Shown: positions 40,995 through 51,421 of the stretch, piece after piece
Layout of the letters: every line of letters starts with the position of its first letter
How positions within the stretch are numbered: the stretch's first letter is position 1
NCBI GenBank assembly: GCA_963666205.1
Contig: OY762654.1
Span: 2,048,001-2,112,000 of the forward strand
Source: Synergistales bacterium
GTDB lineage: Bacteria > Synergistota > Synergistia > Synergistales > JAFGMB01
Length of the DNA stretch: 64,000 nucleotides
Direction of reading: 5' to 3'
Translations under genes and position numbers: made by a program
Notes under the pieces: model-generated
Told to the model about the DNA's origin: nothing
What the model saw: only the letters and a program-made list of their open reading frames with translations
Database searches by the model: none

Positions 40995-41684
40995 TTATTG
41001 CAGCGCAAGTTCAACCGCCCTCCGGGCATGTATCTTTCCAGTATCAAAAACGGGAATATCAGAGTCTCCATCTTTGACCACCAGGGGAAGTTCCGTGCAT
41101 CCGAGAATAACCCCTTCGGCACCCTCAACTGCCAGAGTGGCGATTATTTCCTTAAATCGCTGTACAGAGTCCTCCATGATCTTTCCATAGGAAAGTTCCT
41201 CTGCGATAACCCCCTGAATAAAGTTACGATCTTCTCTTGAAGGAATAATCACTTCAAGTCCCTTTTCCACAAGCGGTTTTTTATAGAACTCCTGTTCCAT
41301 AACGAAGGATGATCCGAGCAGGGCAACCTTTCCCAGATTTTTCTCCAGAATATGATCGGCTGCTGCGTCCGCAATGTGAAGGAGAGGTACCCCTATTCCT
41401 CCCTGCACCTGGTCTGCAACTCTGTGCATGGCGTTGCAGCAGATAAGAATTATATCTGCCCCTGAAGTCTCCAGCTTTTGCGCATTTTCTGCCATTCGAA
41501 GTGCCAGTTCATCCCAGCAGTCAGAGTAGAGCAGCCTGTCAATCTCGGAAAAATTCTCGGAATATATAAGACACCTTGCAGAACTCAGGCCTCCAAGTTT
41601 TTCATTGATCCCGACATTGATCTCCCTGTAATACTCCAGAGTTGCTCCCCATGTCATTCCGCCGACAAGGCCTATTGTCTTCAT
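40995..41684 (-). CDS. aspartate/glutamate racemase family protein
   Basis: MKTIGLVGGMTW, CCNAMH, ILGCTELP motifs; start moved to 41684 after a GGAGG RBS. Confidence 0.92.
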   Translation of the reverse strand: MKTIGLVGGMTWGATLEYYREINVGINEKLGGLSSARCLIYSENFSEIDRLLYSDCWDELALRMAENAQKLETSGADIILICCNAMHRVADQVQGGIGVPLLHIADAAADHILEKNLGKVALLGSSFVMEQEFYKKPLVEKGLEVIIPSREDRNFIQGVIAEELSYGKIMEDSVQRFKEIIATLAVEGAEGVILGCTELPLVVKDGDSDIPVFDTGKIHARRAVELALQ

Positions 41685-41816
41685 GCTCCGATACCTCCCA
41701 TGGATCCTGCCTGACCCTGGCCATAATAGCAGAATATCAGAAAGGATAAAACATTCAGAAATATAGCTGCTATCTGGTAAAATGAACGGCATGTTACTGA
41801 TAAAGAACTTTTTGAA

Positions 41817-42791
41817 TTGGAGAATGGGGGAAGTATCTTGCTGGTATCTGAGATCAGGAGAGTATGTATTCTTGGTGCTGGAACAATGGGGTCTGCCATT
41901 GCCCTTAATTTTGCAGTTAAGGGCTTTGACGTCAATCTTTATGATGTTTCAGATGAAGCCCTTGAAAGAGGTTATTCTTCCATAAGGAATTCTCTCCAGG
42001 TTCTGGTAGATAACGATCTGGTGGGACAGGATGAAGTTCCTGGAATTATGGACAGGATAAAGGGATGTACAACCCTCGAAGATGCTTCAGAGGAGGCCTC
42101 CTTCGTTATCGAATGTGCCCCTGAAAAACTTGAACTCAAGCAGAAACTTTTCAGGGACCTTGAAGATTATTTTCCCGATGATGCCATATTCGCTTCCAAT
42201 ACTTCAAGCCTGAGTCCTACAGAGATAGCTTCATTACTTTCGCACAAAGAGAGATTTACAGCGTCTAACTTCTGGAATCCTGCTCATCTTCTTCCCCTTG
42301 TTGAAATAATGCCTGGAGAGGAAACATCCATGGAAACGGTCCTTGCAGCAAGGGCTCTGATGGAGCAGATAGGGAAAAAACCGGTTGTACTGACCAGGGA
42401 AACGCCAGGATTTCTGGGTAATCGCCTTCAGTTTGCCCTGCTGAGGGAAGCTCTATACCTTGTAGACTCGGGAATAGCGACCAAAGAAGATGTAGATGCT
42501 GCTGTAAAGTATGGTATAGGAAGAAGATTGGGCGACACCGGCCCCCTGGAAACAGCCGACCTGGGAGGGACCCACGTATTCTCGGCTATCTGCGACTCCC
42601 TCTTCAGCGATCTCTGCAACTCGGATAAAGTTTCTCCTTCTCTGATAGAAGCTGTAAAAAATGGCCATCTTGGCTATACCACTGGCAAAGGACTTTACGA
42701 ATGGACCGAAGAGGAGCTTGTCGAGGTCCAGCGTAACAGGCAGAGGACTCTTATAGACTGGCTCCGAAGGGATAAGGAACGGGAAGAATAG
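41817..42791 (+). CDS. 3-hydroxyacyl-CoA dehydrogenase family protein
   Basis: GAGTMG, ECAPEKLELK, ASNTSS, PGFLGNRLQ motifs. The usual catalytic HF(F/W)NP reads NFWNP here. Confidence 0.88.
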   Translation: MENGGSILLVSEIRRVCILGAGTMGSAIALNFAVKGFDVNLYDVSDEALERGYSSIRNSLQVLVDNDLVGQDEVPGIMDRIKGCTTLEDASEEASFVIECAPEKLELKQKLFRDLEDYFPDDAIFASNTSSLSPTEIASLLSHKERFTASNFWNPAHLLPLVEIMPGEETSMETVLAARALMEQIGKKPVVLTRETPGFLGNRLQFALLREALYLVDSGIATKEDVDAAVKYGIGRRLGDTGPLETADLGGTHVFSAICDSLFSDLCNSDKVSPSLIEAVKNGHLGYTTGKGLYEWTEEELVEVQRNRQRTLIDWLRRDKEREE

Positions 42792-42830
42792 GGTTATCTG
42801 AACAATTGAGGAGAAATAAAAACAAAAGCA

Positions 42831-44102
42831 ATGGCTGACCTTTATCCTTACCTTAAGGAACTGGAAAATAAAAAAATACTCGGGATCAACCCTCCCGTTT
42901 TCGATTTTGCCTATTTTGACCTGTGGGCGAAACCCCTTGGATTGCTGTACATCCTTCAATGGCTGAGATACAGGGGAAACCAGGTTGAACTCATAGACTG
43001 CATCTACGAAGCCAGAGACAGGGCAAAGACCTTCGGTCGTTATGTGCCCCGCCGGAGAAAGATGGAAAAGCCTGCTCCCTATCGGAATATACCGAGAAAT
43101 TACTGGCATTTCGGCCTGAACGAAGAAGAGTTCATCTCCAGGCTTGAAAGGCTGGAAAAGCCGGATGTGATCCTCCTGACTTCCACCATGACCTACTGGT
43201 ATGGTGGTGTCTTCTGGTGTATAGAGCAGATAAAAAGGGTGTTCCCTAATGTTCCCATCCTGCTGGGAGGTATCTATGCCCGCCTTTGTCCGGACCATGC
43301 CCTTCTTTCCGGAGCCGATCATGTGCAGACAGGACCCTTTCCCATTGAAGCCCCGTATCCCGCCATGGATCTTTATAAGGATCCCGAATACGGAATAAGC
43401 ATCACATCCTGGGGCTGTCCCATGGGATGTGACTATTGTGCGTCTAATATCCTGTGTCCTGACTTCTGCCAGAGAGGGGTAGATGAAGTAGTGAGGGAGA
43501 TGGAGTTTCAGCTTTTGTCAGGAACTATGACAGACATGGCCTTTTACGACGATGCCCTCCTTGTGAACAGGGAGGAGCATTTTTACCCCATCTGCGATCA
43601 GATATTGAAACGGTTCAGCCATATAAGGTTTCATACCCCTAACGGTCTCCATGTTCGTCGCCTGGATGAAAAGTGTTCAGAATATATTTTCAGGACAGGT
43701 ATCCGGACCATAAGGCTCAGCCTGGAGAGCGTGGATCCCGAAGTACAGAAGGAGAGCTCTTCGAAGGTTTCCAGACAGCAGTACCGGATGGGTGTGGAGA
43801 ATCTCCTCAAGGCCGGTTACCATCATGAAGACCTTGAGACATATGTATTAGCCGGTCTTCCCGGACAGAGCATGGAAGGCATTAAAGAAACCATAGCCTT
43901 TGTAAAGGATCTGGGGGCCAGGGTCAGGATAGCCCAGTTCTCACCCATACCCGGAACTTCCCTGTATAAGCAGGCCGTTAAAAAAGTTCCGGCACTGGCA
44001 GAAGAACCCCTCCTGCACAATAACACTGTTTACAGTTCCTGGGTTTCAAAGGAGATCCCTCCTGCAGAGCTCCAGGAACTGAAAGACTTTTCCCGCCAGT
44101 AA
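42831..44102 (+). CDS. B12-binding radical SAM protein
   Basis: CPMGCDYC radical SAM motif; N-terminal NPPVFDFAYFDLWAKPLGLL...LGGIYA cobalamin-binding domain; FYDD. Confidence 0.88.
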   Translation: MADLYPYLKELENKKILGINPPVFDFAYFDLWAKPLGLLYILQWLRYRGNQVELIDCIYEARDRAKTFGRYVPRRRKMEKPAPYRNIPRNYWHFGLNEEEFISRLERLEKPDVILLTSTMTYWYGGVFWCIEQIKRVFPNVPILLGGIYARLCPDHALLSGADHVQTGPFPIEAPYPAMDLYKDPEYGISITSWGCPMGCDYCASNILCPDFCQRGVDEVVREMEFQLLSGTMTDMAFYDDALLVNREEHFYPICDQILKRFSHIRFHTPNGLHVRRLDEKCSEYIFRTGIRTIRLSLESVDPEVQKESSSKVSRQQYRMGVENLLKAGYHHEDLETYVLAGLPGQSMEGIKETIAFVKDLGARVRIAQFSPIPGTSLYKQAVKKVPALAEEPLLHNNTVYSSWVSKEIPPAELQELKDFSRQ

Positions 44103-44140
44103 ACTCCGGGTTTTCTATTTTGGATGTTTTATCACAAAAG

Positions 44141-44174
44141 AATGGGGTCAGACCTTGATTTTAACCGTATGTAT
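44141..44174 (+). repeat. 34-bp element, copy A (perfect inverted partner at 51540-51573)
   Basis: AATGGGGTCAGACCTTGATTTTAACCGTATGTAT. Confidence 0.95.
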
Positions 44175-44254
44175 TCAGTATTAACAAACAGGATGCGCTT
44201 CAGCGTACCGATAAACTGCGGGAATACACCTCTTCTGGTCCTGTCTTTACAGGA

Positions 44255-44872
44255 TCACGAGAGATGCAATAGGCTGAAGGCCGTATATACCAGCAGAATA
44301 CTGAGGGATATATTGATGTACTTCTTCAGTTTCGGGTCGCTTATCGTCCTTTTCAGGGCTGTTCCGCATAGAGCCCATAGAGCTACGGAACTGAAGCCAA
44401 TAATTCCCAGGAGTAACGCCGACATTACAAGAGTTGCAGGTTGACCCGCAAGGGGGTTCAGAAAGGTAGTGTAAAGGGTGATGCCGTAAATTATAACCTT
44501 GACATTTACTACCTGGAGAAAAACTCCCTTTATAAAACCCATCCTTGCTATATCATTATCCCCTTCAAAGGCATAGCTTGATCTGAGGGTCCCGTAGGCC
44601 AGCCACATAATATAGCTGAAGCCGATCCAGCGAAGCCATTGGGATACTGAAGGCAGCAGTTTTATCATAAGGCTGGACATGGTTCCGCAGAGGAGCATCA
44701 TCAGTATGAACCCTGAAGAAACTCCAAGCAGATATGGCAATGATCTGAAAAACCCGAAGACAAGGCCCATGGAGGCGCTGGATACATTGTTTGGTCCGGG
44801 AGTATAAGAGGTTACTGCAACAAAGGTAAGAAGGGGGACAAGGTCAAGGGCTTCCATCAGGATTGCCTCCAT
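44255..44872 (-). CDS. LysE-family transporter
   Basis: SYTPGPNN, FLQVVNVK motifs; about six TM helices. Confidence 0.9.
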   Translation of the reverse strand: MEAILMEALDLVPLLTFVAVTSYTPGPNNVSSASMGLVFGFFRSLPYLLGVSSGFILMMLLCGTMSSLMIKLLPSVSQWLRWIGFSYIMWLAYGTLRSSYAFEGDNDIARMGFIKGVFLQVVNVKVIIYGITLYTTFLNPLAGQPATLVMSALLLGIIGFSSVALWALCGTALKRTISDPKLKKYINISLSILLVYTAFSLLHLS

Positions 44873-44966
44873 TATCGATTGGATTTAAGATTAGTCCAAT
44901 TCTACATTACTCACAGTGAAAAAGCACATTAATTATCTGGTAGAGATCCTGAAAAGAGGTATCTGG

Positions 44967-45455
44967 ATGCAGAAAAAAGATAAAGTCTACGAAGTACTCC
45001 GTAATCTTGCTATCGATTATAAAGTGGTAACCCATCCTGCGGTATTCACCTCCGCCGAGGCTGAGCAGTACAGAACCCTTTTTGAAGGAGCGAGATGCAA
45101 AAATCTTTTTCTCAGGAACGGAAAGGGGGATGCTCATTACCTGGTTATCATTGACCAGGCTAAAGACATGCACCTCAGGGAGCTTGCCCTTGAATTGGGA
45201 GAAAAAAGGCTCGGATTCGCTTCTCCGGAAAGGCTGGAGAGATACCTGGGACTGACGCCAGGTTCTGTGTCTGTCTTCGGCCTGATCAGCAATATCGACA
45301 AGAATGTTGTAGTTGTAATTGATGAGGACCTTCAAAAGGAAGAAAAGATAAACTTCCATCCCAATATCAATACTGAAACGCTGACTATTTTATACAGTGA
45401 TCTTTTAAAATTTCTTCGCTGGACAGGAAACAGGGTTATAATTCAGAGGCTGTAG
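44967..45455 (+). CDS. YbaK/ProXp-ala (PrdX)-type aminoacyl-tRNA deacylase
   Basis: HPAVFT, CKNLFLR, LGLTPGSVSVFGL, FHPNINT motifs. Confidence 0.9.
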   Translation: MQKKDKVYEVLRNLAIDYKVVTHPAVFTSAEAEQYRTLFEGARCKNLFLRNGKGDAHYLVIIDQAKDMHLRELALELGEKRLGFASPERLERYLGLTPGSVSVFGLISNIDKNVVVVIDEDLQKEEKINFHPNINTETLTILYSDLLKFLRWTGNRVIIQRL

Positions 45456-45486
45456 ATCTTTTCAACCTTCCGGGGGAGGTATTTTT

Positions 45487-46401
45487 TTGTTAACAGGTAC
45501 GGATAGAAAGGTAGTTCTTGCTGATCTTGCAATGGTCTTCATCGCAATTTTCTGGGGTTCCGGTTTTGGTGTCAGTAACATGCTCCTTCGGCAGATCAGC
45601 CCTCTCTGGCTGATATCCCTCAGGTTTATCTTCAGTGCCATAATTGTTGTAGTGATATTCTGGCGCAGAGTTATGCTCCTGACCAGAAAAGACATGGTCC
45701 TGGCCTCTTTTGGAGGGCTTATCCTCGCTGGAGCATTTATCGCCCACATTCTTGGTCTTAACATAACCACCCCTGGTAAACAGGGATTTATTCAAAGCAC
45801 CAGTGTCATAATGGTTCCCATATTCTATGCCATTCTTTACCGGAAATCTCCGGGTCTGCTGAGTTTTCTCGGAGCTATCCTGACCACCCTTGGACTCCTT
45901 GTGATGGCTTTTACTCCAGGAATGACCTTTAACCTTGGAGACGCCCTTTCCCTGGTTCTTGCCCTTTTTGTAGCCTTCAATGTTCTTTCCGTAGGCAATT
46001 TCAGCCGTCGAATGGATCCTTTGGGCTATGCAGTGGTTTCCTTTATCTCTTCCGCAGTCATAATCACTGCCTTTGCCATTATCTTTGAACCATTTCCAAA
46101 ACTTGGCGGACTTGGTCTTTCCTTCTGGGTGAACCTTGCCTACGTGATAGTGATGGTCACTGTTGTCCCTTTCCTGATCCAGCCCATGGCTCAGAGATAT
46201 TCCCCGGATACACACGCAGCCATCCTCCAGTCCACAGAATGTCTCTGGGGATATGCAATAGCTATAGCGATCGGAGAGGAGATGCTCAACTGGCAGGTTT
46301 TGCTGGGAGGAATGATAATTTTCCTTGGTGTAATGGTTACAGAATCAGAAATGTTCTTTAAAAAAAGGAACAACAAGGATGGGGAAAATATTACAGAATA
46401 A
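45487..46401 (+). CDS. DMT/EamA-family transporter
   Basis: FWGSGF, TTPGKQGFI, NLGD, GEE motifs; about 10 TM helices. Confidence 0.9.
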   Translation: MLTGTDRKVVLADLAMVFIAIFWGSGFGVSNMLLRQISPLWLISLRFIFSAIIVVVIFWRRVMLLTRKDMVLASFGGLILAGAFIAHILGLNITTPGKQGFIQSTSVIMVPIFYAILYRKSPGLLSFLGAILTTLGLLVMAFTPGMTFNLGDALSLVLALFVAFNVLSVGNFSRRMDPLGYAVVSFISSAVIITAFAIIFEPFPKLGGLGLSFWVNLAYVIVMVTVVPFLIQPMAQRYSPDTHAAILQSTECLWGYAIAIAIGEEMLNWQVLLGGMIIFLGVMVTESEMFFKKRNNKDGENITE

Positions 46402-46430
46402 TCCTCTGATCGGGATATGAGTACAGAAAA

Positions 46431-46454
46431 AAGGCACCCGTTGAGGGGTGCCTT
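46431..46454. terminator. stem-loop between convergent genes
   Basis: AAGGCACCC / GGGTGCCTT preceded by an A-tract. Confidence 0.65.
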
Positions 46455-46484
46455 CATATTTTAAGCACTATCAGCGGGAAAGGC

Positions 46485-47054
46485 TCACATGGTCAGTTTT
46501 GTGTAACCCTCCGGGAGCTCGAAAGTATCAGCGGAAATATCCCCCTTTTCTATATTTGAATAGAGGATTGTGACCGTATCCTGGGGTGATTCCGAGTGTA
46601 TCTTCAGGGGATAGTTGAGTTTCCTGGCCACCCACACAAGAGATTTTCCGAACTGGGGATCATCGTATTCCACGGAATAGTGATCACATTTGTAGCCCTC
46701 TATATCCTCCGTTCCCAGCTTTGTCACTTTGCCCATATCCTTGTATTTGTCCTCAATGGATTCCGACTCGGCAAGAGAAACCTGGTTATTGGGAAATTCC
46801 ATGTACATCTGCTGTCCCGGTATTAAAACGTACATCATGTTGCTGCTTGCGTTCACGATTGAAACCTGGGTTCCCATCGGTGTCAGGATCTCCTGGCGAA
46901 GGGAGTTGCCTTTCACAAAAACTTTTCCGGTCATTTCGCCCCCTGCAGCACTCTGGATCAGCATATCCGCCTTGAACTCTGCCGCGCCGGCGAAGGAGAC
47001 AAAAAGCCCCAGGAGCAGTAATGCAGCAGCAACCCTTACTGAGTTTCTATACAT
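46485..47054 (-). CDS. secreted DUF4412-like protein
   Basis: Signal peptide, EFKADM, LGTEDIEGYKCDHY, FELPEGY; ATG 47054 follows AAGGAGG. Confidence 0.75.
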   Translation of the reverse strand: MYRNSVRVAAALLLLGLFVSFAGAAEFKADMLIQSAAGGEMTGKVFVKGNSLRQEILTPMGTQVSIVNASSNMMYVLIPGQQMYMEFPNNQVSLAESESIEDKYKDMGKVTKLGTEDIEGYKCDHYSVEYDDPQFGKSLVWVARKLNYPLKIHSESPQDTVTILYSNIEKGDISADTFELPEGYTKLTM

Positions 47055-47236
47055 CTTCGGACCCCTCCTTGTTGAATTGCTTTCATGATAACAATAATAT
47101 GTATTATTCTCTGTCCATTCTACTATGATTTTCATAAATCAGTTTTTCCTTACATTTAGCCTTCCTTCCAAGATAATCAGCTCGATAAAAAACACAGGAG
47201 TGCTTCTGCGCACCAGAAAGACTGGCAAAAAGATGA

Positions 47237-48451
47237 TCAGCCCTTTTGATTCCGGGAATCACTCCATTCCAGGAACCATAGGGAGAAATCGCTGTAGGGA
47301 CTGTAACTTAAATCCATATTGTCCTCTATAAGTTTACGGAACCTGTTCCACCAGTAAGGTTTCCTGTGTTCTGTTATTTCAAGCCCTGAAATAAGGACTT
47401 TCAATTCCTCCAGGTCATATGGCACATGAAAACCCCACTCAGAAGGATCTTCAGAGTTGAACATCAAAGCCAGTATTCCTCTCAGGCATTTTTCACAATA
47501 TCCGCAATTATTCACAGCATTTCCTGACATTTCGTCAAGACAGATCCTGAGGAAAGGTTTTTCAAGATATGGGTGTCTTCTGTAGAAGGATACTATCTCA
47601 GTAACCTTATCTGTCCATATGAGATCTGCATCGGTGTAATCCACCTGAATACCATTGACCTTGAGATTAGGTTCAAGGAAAAGATGGGATCCCCAGGCGT
47701 ACTCTTTACGATGAGTACCAACAGATGATGAAAAAAGGATTTTGTCCCATCCGGAATATGCGGCGAGGGGGAAGGCTAATCCCGCAAGTCCGATACCATG
47801 TTGGACCTTCCCGTACCATGGTTTGAGCTGTGGATATTCCACGTGGATACCTCCGCAGCGAAGAAGTCCGAAGGTGTTGGCGTAGACCTGTCTTGTCCTG
47901 AAATGAAAAATATCGGCAAAATCATTGACCTTTTTCCGTACAGCATTCCATGCATTATCATTATACAGAGAGATATCATGTCCTCTTATTGTAAGCAGTA
48001 CGGTTTCTTCTGGTTCACAGTGCAGGGCGGAACAGGTCGAATCAACTCCTCCTGAGAAAAACAGAACCTGTGAAGGTGTTTTTCCTCTATGTTCTGAGAT
48101 GCTGTTTTTTCTCAGGCCATAAGGGACAAGTTCCCCTTCCCATGGAATTTCCGGGTACATCCTTCTGAAGCCGTCCCGGATCTTTTCAAGACTGCAGAAG
48201 AGGTCTTCATCCATGTTATCGATGCTGTAATTTCCACCCAGGATCCAGAGAAAGGGAGCCACGTTCAGAAGAAATGGGGTTATTAGTATGGAATGGTCCA
48301 ACTCCCTGAGATCGATCTCTCCATCATATCCGACTGAAAAGGGTGCTCGTAAAAAGGATTCCAGAGGAGGTCCTGGAAAAACTGTTACTTTATCAGGATC
48401 TACCTGTACTTTTGAAATAATATTCTTTTCAGTAATTGTTATGGCAGGCAA
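47237..48451 (-). CDS. hypothetical PP-loop protein with Cys cluster (QueC-like architecture)
   Basis: LFFSGGVDS near residue 130; LRIC...NCGYCEKC near the C-terminus. Confidence 0.6.
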   Translation of the reverse strand: MPAITITEKNIISKVQVDPDKVTVFPGPPLESFLRAPFSVGYDGEIDLRELDHSILITPFLLNVAPFLWILGGNYSIDNMDEDLFCSLEKIRDGFRRMYPEIPWEGELVPYGLRKNSISEHRGKTPSQVLFFSGGVDSTCSALHCEPEETVLLTIRGHDISLYNDNAWNAVRKKVNDFADIFHFRTRQVYANTFGLLRCGGIHVEYPQLKPWYGKVQHGIGLAGLAFPLAAYSGWDKILFSSSVGTHRKEYAWGSHLFLEPNLKVNGIQVDYTDADLIWTDKVTEIVSFYRRHPYLEKPFLRICLDEMSGNAVNNCGYCEKCLRGILALMFNSEDPSEWGFHVPYDLEELKVLISGLEITEHRKPYWWNRFRKLIEDNMDLSYSPYSDFSLWFLEWSDSRNQKG

Positions 48452-48565
48452 TATTTCAGTTCCTTTCGGTTTGTTTCAGGATAAGGACAACAGACATGGC
48501 ATAATAAAGTTTCTCTAAAACTCGCTGTTTTACCCAGGGCCACAAAAAACCGGTAGGGGCCTTTT

Positions 48566-48901
48566 CTAGAGAGGCTCTTCCTCTTCAGTATCGGAGATAC
48601 TTTGTAGCAGAAGTTTTTTACTGAAACTTCCCCGTTGTTCTCTTTTGGTAAACCGTATCTCTTCAAGATCCTCCATGGTACAGCCATGGTGTTCCACGAG
48701 AACATAAAGGATTTCCAGTATATCAGCCAGTTTTTCAAGATCTTCGGAAGCCAGGTATTCCCTTACCACTTCGTCCAGTTTTTTATTCAGTTCTTCTTCG
48801 AATTCTGAAGGATTGAGAACTTTAACATTACACTTCTTGCCGGTCAACTCAATTATTTCAGGGATTTTATCTCGAATAAGCTTGTTATAGATCTTTTCCA
48901 A
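48566..48901 (-). CDS. nucleoside-triphosphate pyrophosphohydrolase (MazG/HisE-like), possibly degenerate
   Basis: YNKLIRDKIPEII, KREQRGSF motifs; the usual EE..E and EELAD read EV..E and EKLAD. Confidence 0.82.
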   Translation of the reverse strand: MEKIYNKLIRDKIPEIIELTGKKCNVKVLNPSEFEEELNKKLDEVVREYLASEDLEKLADILEILYVLVEHHGCTMEDLEEIRFTKREQRGSFSKKLLLQSISDTEEEEPL

Positions 48902-49221
48902 TCTCTATGCCTCCCCGTATGTTATTTCCTTGAATTTATTTTAATAGACCCTATAAGCCAATGTCGCTATTTTATGACACTTTAGGGATTTATGCATATC
49001 CTGAAAACTTAATGTATCCTGGACAGAGCAAACATACTGCAGCAGGGTTGGAACAAGCCATGGACTATTGGGAATGATTCAGATCAGCTTTCCAGGCTTC
49101 ACCATGGTTGAAAGAACCTGAAAATAGAAGAGAGCAGTAGCCTATCTCATCTTTATTGAAATGAAGGATTAATAATGTTAATCTTTGACTACCGACAACC
49201 TTGGGAGGAGGAATTTGATTT

Positions 49222-49677
49222 ATGAGACGCAAAGACAGGGAGATCACCGACATTAAAGAGCTAGAGGCTATACTTGAAAAAGGAACAGTATGTCACCTTG
49301 GTCTGAGTAACGATGATCAGCCCTATGTGGTTCCCATGAATTACGGCTACAACAACGGGTATTTGTATCTTCATTCAGCCCTTGAGGGCCTGAAGGCCGA
49401 TATGGCGAAGAAAAACCCGAAAGTCTGTTTCCAGGTAGATACGGATGTGGAAATAATCTCCAGTCCCGAGGCATGTGAATGGGGTTGCCGGTATAAGAGC
49501 GTAATAGGCACAGGATCGGTGGAATTTCCAGCAGATCCGGAACAGAAAGCAGAAGCTCTTAACATAATCATGGCGCACTACTCAGGAAAGACCTTCGAAT
49601 TCCCTCCCCAGGCCCTTGCAAGGGTCCTTGTCTGGAAGGTTAAAGTGGATACTCTCACAGGCAAGAAGTGCGGATGA
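49222..49677 (+). CDS. pyridoxamine 5'-phosphate oxidase / NimA-like FMN-binding protein
   Basis: MRRKDREI, PYVVPMNYG, HSALEGLK, YKSVIGTG, TGK motifs. Confidence 0.92.
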   Translation: MRRKDREITDIKELEAILEKGTVCHLGLSNDDQPYVVPMNYGYNNGYLYLHSALEGLKADMAKKNPKVCFQVDTDVEIISSPEACEWGCRYKSVIGTGSVEFPADPEQKAEALNIIMAHYSGKTFEFPPQALARVLVWKVKVDTLTGKKCG

Positions 49678-49738
49678 TGCCTTTCTAAAGGCCAGTTATT
49701 GCTGTAGTTACTGAAATATTTATTGTAATCTCCTTATC

Positions 49739-50317
49739 ATGAGAGTTGAGAATTCATTGGAGGAACATATATTGACCTCTCGCTGTCCCTTAACTTTTAA
49801 GCGTAACAAAGCTTTTACTCTGGTAGAGCTGCTTATAACCATGATTATAATAGGCATCCTGGCCAGCGCTCTCCTTCTGGTGGCTGGAGGGGCAGAGGAA
49901 CGGGCCATGGCCAGCAGGATCCTGGAAGATGCCCGGACCATGAAGTCTGCAGCCCTGTTTTATAATTCCGATCATGACAGCTGGCCCATATGGGTGTTAT
50001 CCGGTCCGAATTACAGGAACATGGTCCCGGGACTTTCTGACGCATTGCCTTCAAAATACGTGGGGCACATCCCTGTGCGTGAGCAGTACTGGTTCGGAGT
50101 AGTTAACGATTCCACAGTTTCCTCCGGGGACGTAAAGGCTGCGGTGGTTCTCTATGATAGTGGACTTTCCTCCGGAGTCCGGAGAAGGATGGGGCTCATG
50201 GCGGAAGAAATGGGTATTTACGCCATGGATGATCCAGCTGCCAGAGATTTTTCCCTGGTCCATACCTATACTCCTTCCGACAGTAATATGATGTGGTTTA
50301 TCACGGCCAGGCCGTAA
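49739..50317 (+). CDS. prepilin-type N-terminal cleavage/methylation domain protein
   Basis: KRNKA|FTLVELLITMIIIGILA; N-terminal helix resembles that of 22487; true start probably near 49771. Confidence 0.8.
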   Translation: MRVENSLEEHILTSRCPLTFKRNKAFTLVELLITMIIIGILASALLLVAGGAEERAMASRILEDARTMKSAALFYNSDHDSWPIWVLSGPNYRNMVPGLSDALPSKYVGHIPVREQYWFGVVNDSTVSSGDVKAAVVLYDSGLSSGVRRRMGLMAEEMGIYAMDDPAARDFSLVHTYTPSDSNMMWFITARP

Positions 50318-50347
50318 AAATAGAGAATATACAAATCTTTCGTTACA

Positions 50348-50373
50348 GGAGGCGGGGATAATTCCCCGCCTTC
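50348..50373. terminator. stem-loop between convergent genes
   Basis: GGAGGCGGGGA / TCCCCGCCTTC. Confidence 0.65.
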
Positions 50374-50405
50374 ATTATAGTCTTTACCTGGTTTCCGAAA
50401 TTATT

Positions 50406-50939
50406 TCAGCGGGAACCTTCGGTGAAAGTGTAATTTAGAGGTTTGAGATATTTTGCCATCAGAATGGCCACCAGGGTCAGGAGTGGCAGGGATACCACGT
50501 ATCGGATAACCGTAAAGGGGATTCCCAGGAAGGATATTTCGAAAAGGGTCATGGGGATCCTGCAGATAGCAGAAGCATTTATAAAAGTAAAAAGAACGCC
50601 CAGGGATGCACCCTTTTTTTGAAGGATATAACACAGGGGCAGAGTTACGTACAATCCTCCAACCATGGTCCCTGCAAGGAGAAAGGCCCAGAAATATCCT
50701 TTGAGGCCTGATTCTTCTCCAAGGTGTCTTTCTATCACTTCCCTTTTTACCCATACCTCGAAAAGACCGATCAGGATGAAAGCAGGTGGAAGAACCCCGG
50801 CCATTTCTTTAAGAAATGAAAGGAGGTTAAGGCCGCTTCTCTGTCCGGGAGCAAAACCTGTAAACATGGAAATAACGACAAAAAGAAGAAATCCTGCCAG
50901 AATCATGAGGGAATTTCGTGCTTTCTTCGGGATATTCAT
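50406..50939 (-). CDS. predicted permease (DUF318/ArsP-like), subunit 2
   Basis: LIGLFEVWV...HLGEESG, GGLYVTLP, EISFLG motifs. Confidence 0.8.
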   Translation of the reverse strand: MNIPKKARNSLMILAGFLLFVVISMFTGFAPGQRSGLNLLSFLKEMAGVLPPAFILIGLFEVWVKREVIERHLGEESGLKGYFWAFLLAGTMVGGLYVTLPLCYILQKKGASLGVLFTFINASAICRIPMTLFEISFLGIPFTVIRYVVSLPLLTLVAILMAKYLKPLNYTFTEGSR

Positions 50940-51421
50940 TACAGTATCTCTCCGAAGGCCAGACCGATAGCCAGGGCAACCACAAGGGCTATGACAAAGC
51001 TTGAGATGTTCCTGATCAGTGCCACCTTTGTGCCTAAAAAACTTTTCTCAAGGGGAAAACTTATAAAACCAACCATCATTAAAGTTGTTGTAAAGGCTGC
51101 CAGAACGGTGTAGGGGACACCCTTTTCCAGAAGGATGCCCGCTAGGGGAAATGCCACAAAACCAGGTATGGCGGTAATCGACCCTGTAAGAGCTCCAACA
51201 GCTGTTCCGAACCATAGCCCCTTTCCAGAGAGAACTTCGAGTATCGTCTTTTCAGAGATCAGCCCCAGGCTAAGAGATGTCAGGACGAGAACGGTAATGA
51301 ACACAGGGCATATTCTGCTGAAAATATTCCATGTCTTTTTGAGGGCCTGAAACGTTTTTTTCCTGTTACATAAAAAGGAAATTATCAGCCCTGAAAGGGC
51401 GGCTATCCATAATGGGATCAT
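50939..51421 (-). CDS. predicted permease (DUF318/ArsP-like), subunit 1
   Basis: GSITAIPGFVAFPLA, AFTTTLMMVG, ALIRN motifs; start/stop overlap with subunit 2. Confidence 0.8.
   Translation of the reverse strand: MIPLWIAALSGLIISFLCNRKKTFQALKKTWNIFSRICPVFITVLVLTSLSLGLISEKTILEVLSGKGLWFGTAVGALTGSITAIPGFVAFPLAGILLEKGVPYTVLAAFTTTLMMVGFISFPLEKSFLGTKVALIRNISSFVIALVVALAIGLAFGEIL

Noticed and set aside
44124-44444. ORF sharing MGSDLDFNRMY with ORF 51507..51773
   Set aside because: The shared peptide is just the translation of the 34-bp DNA repeat; the rest is antisense to lysE or unrelated.
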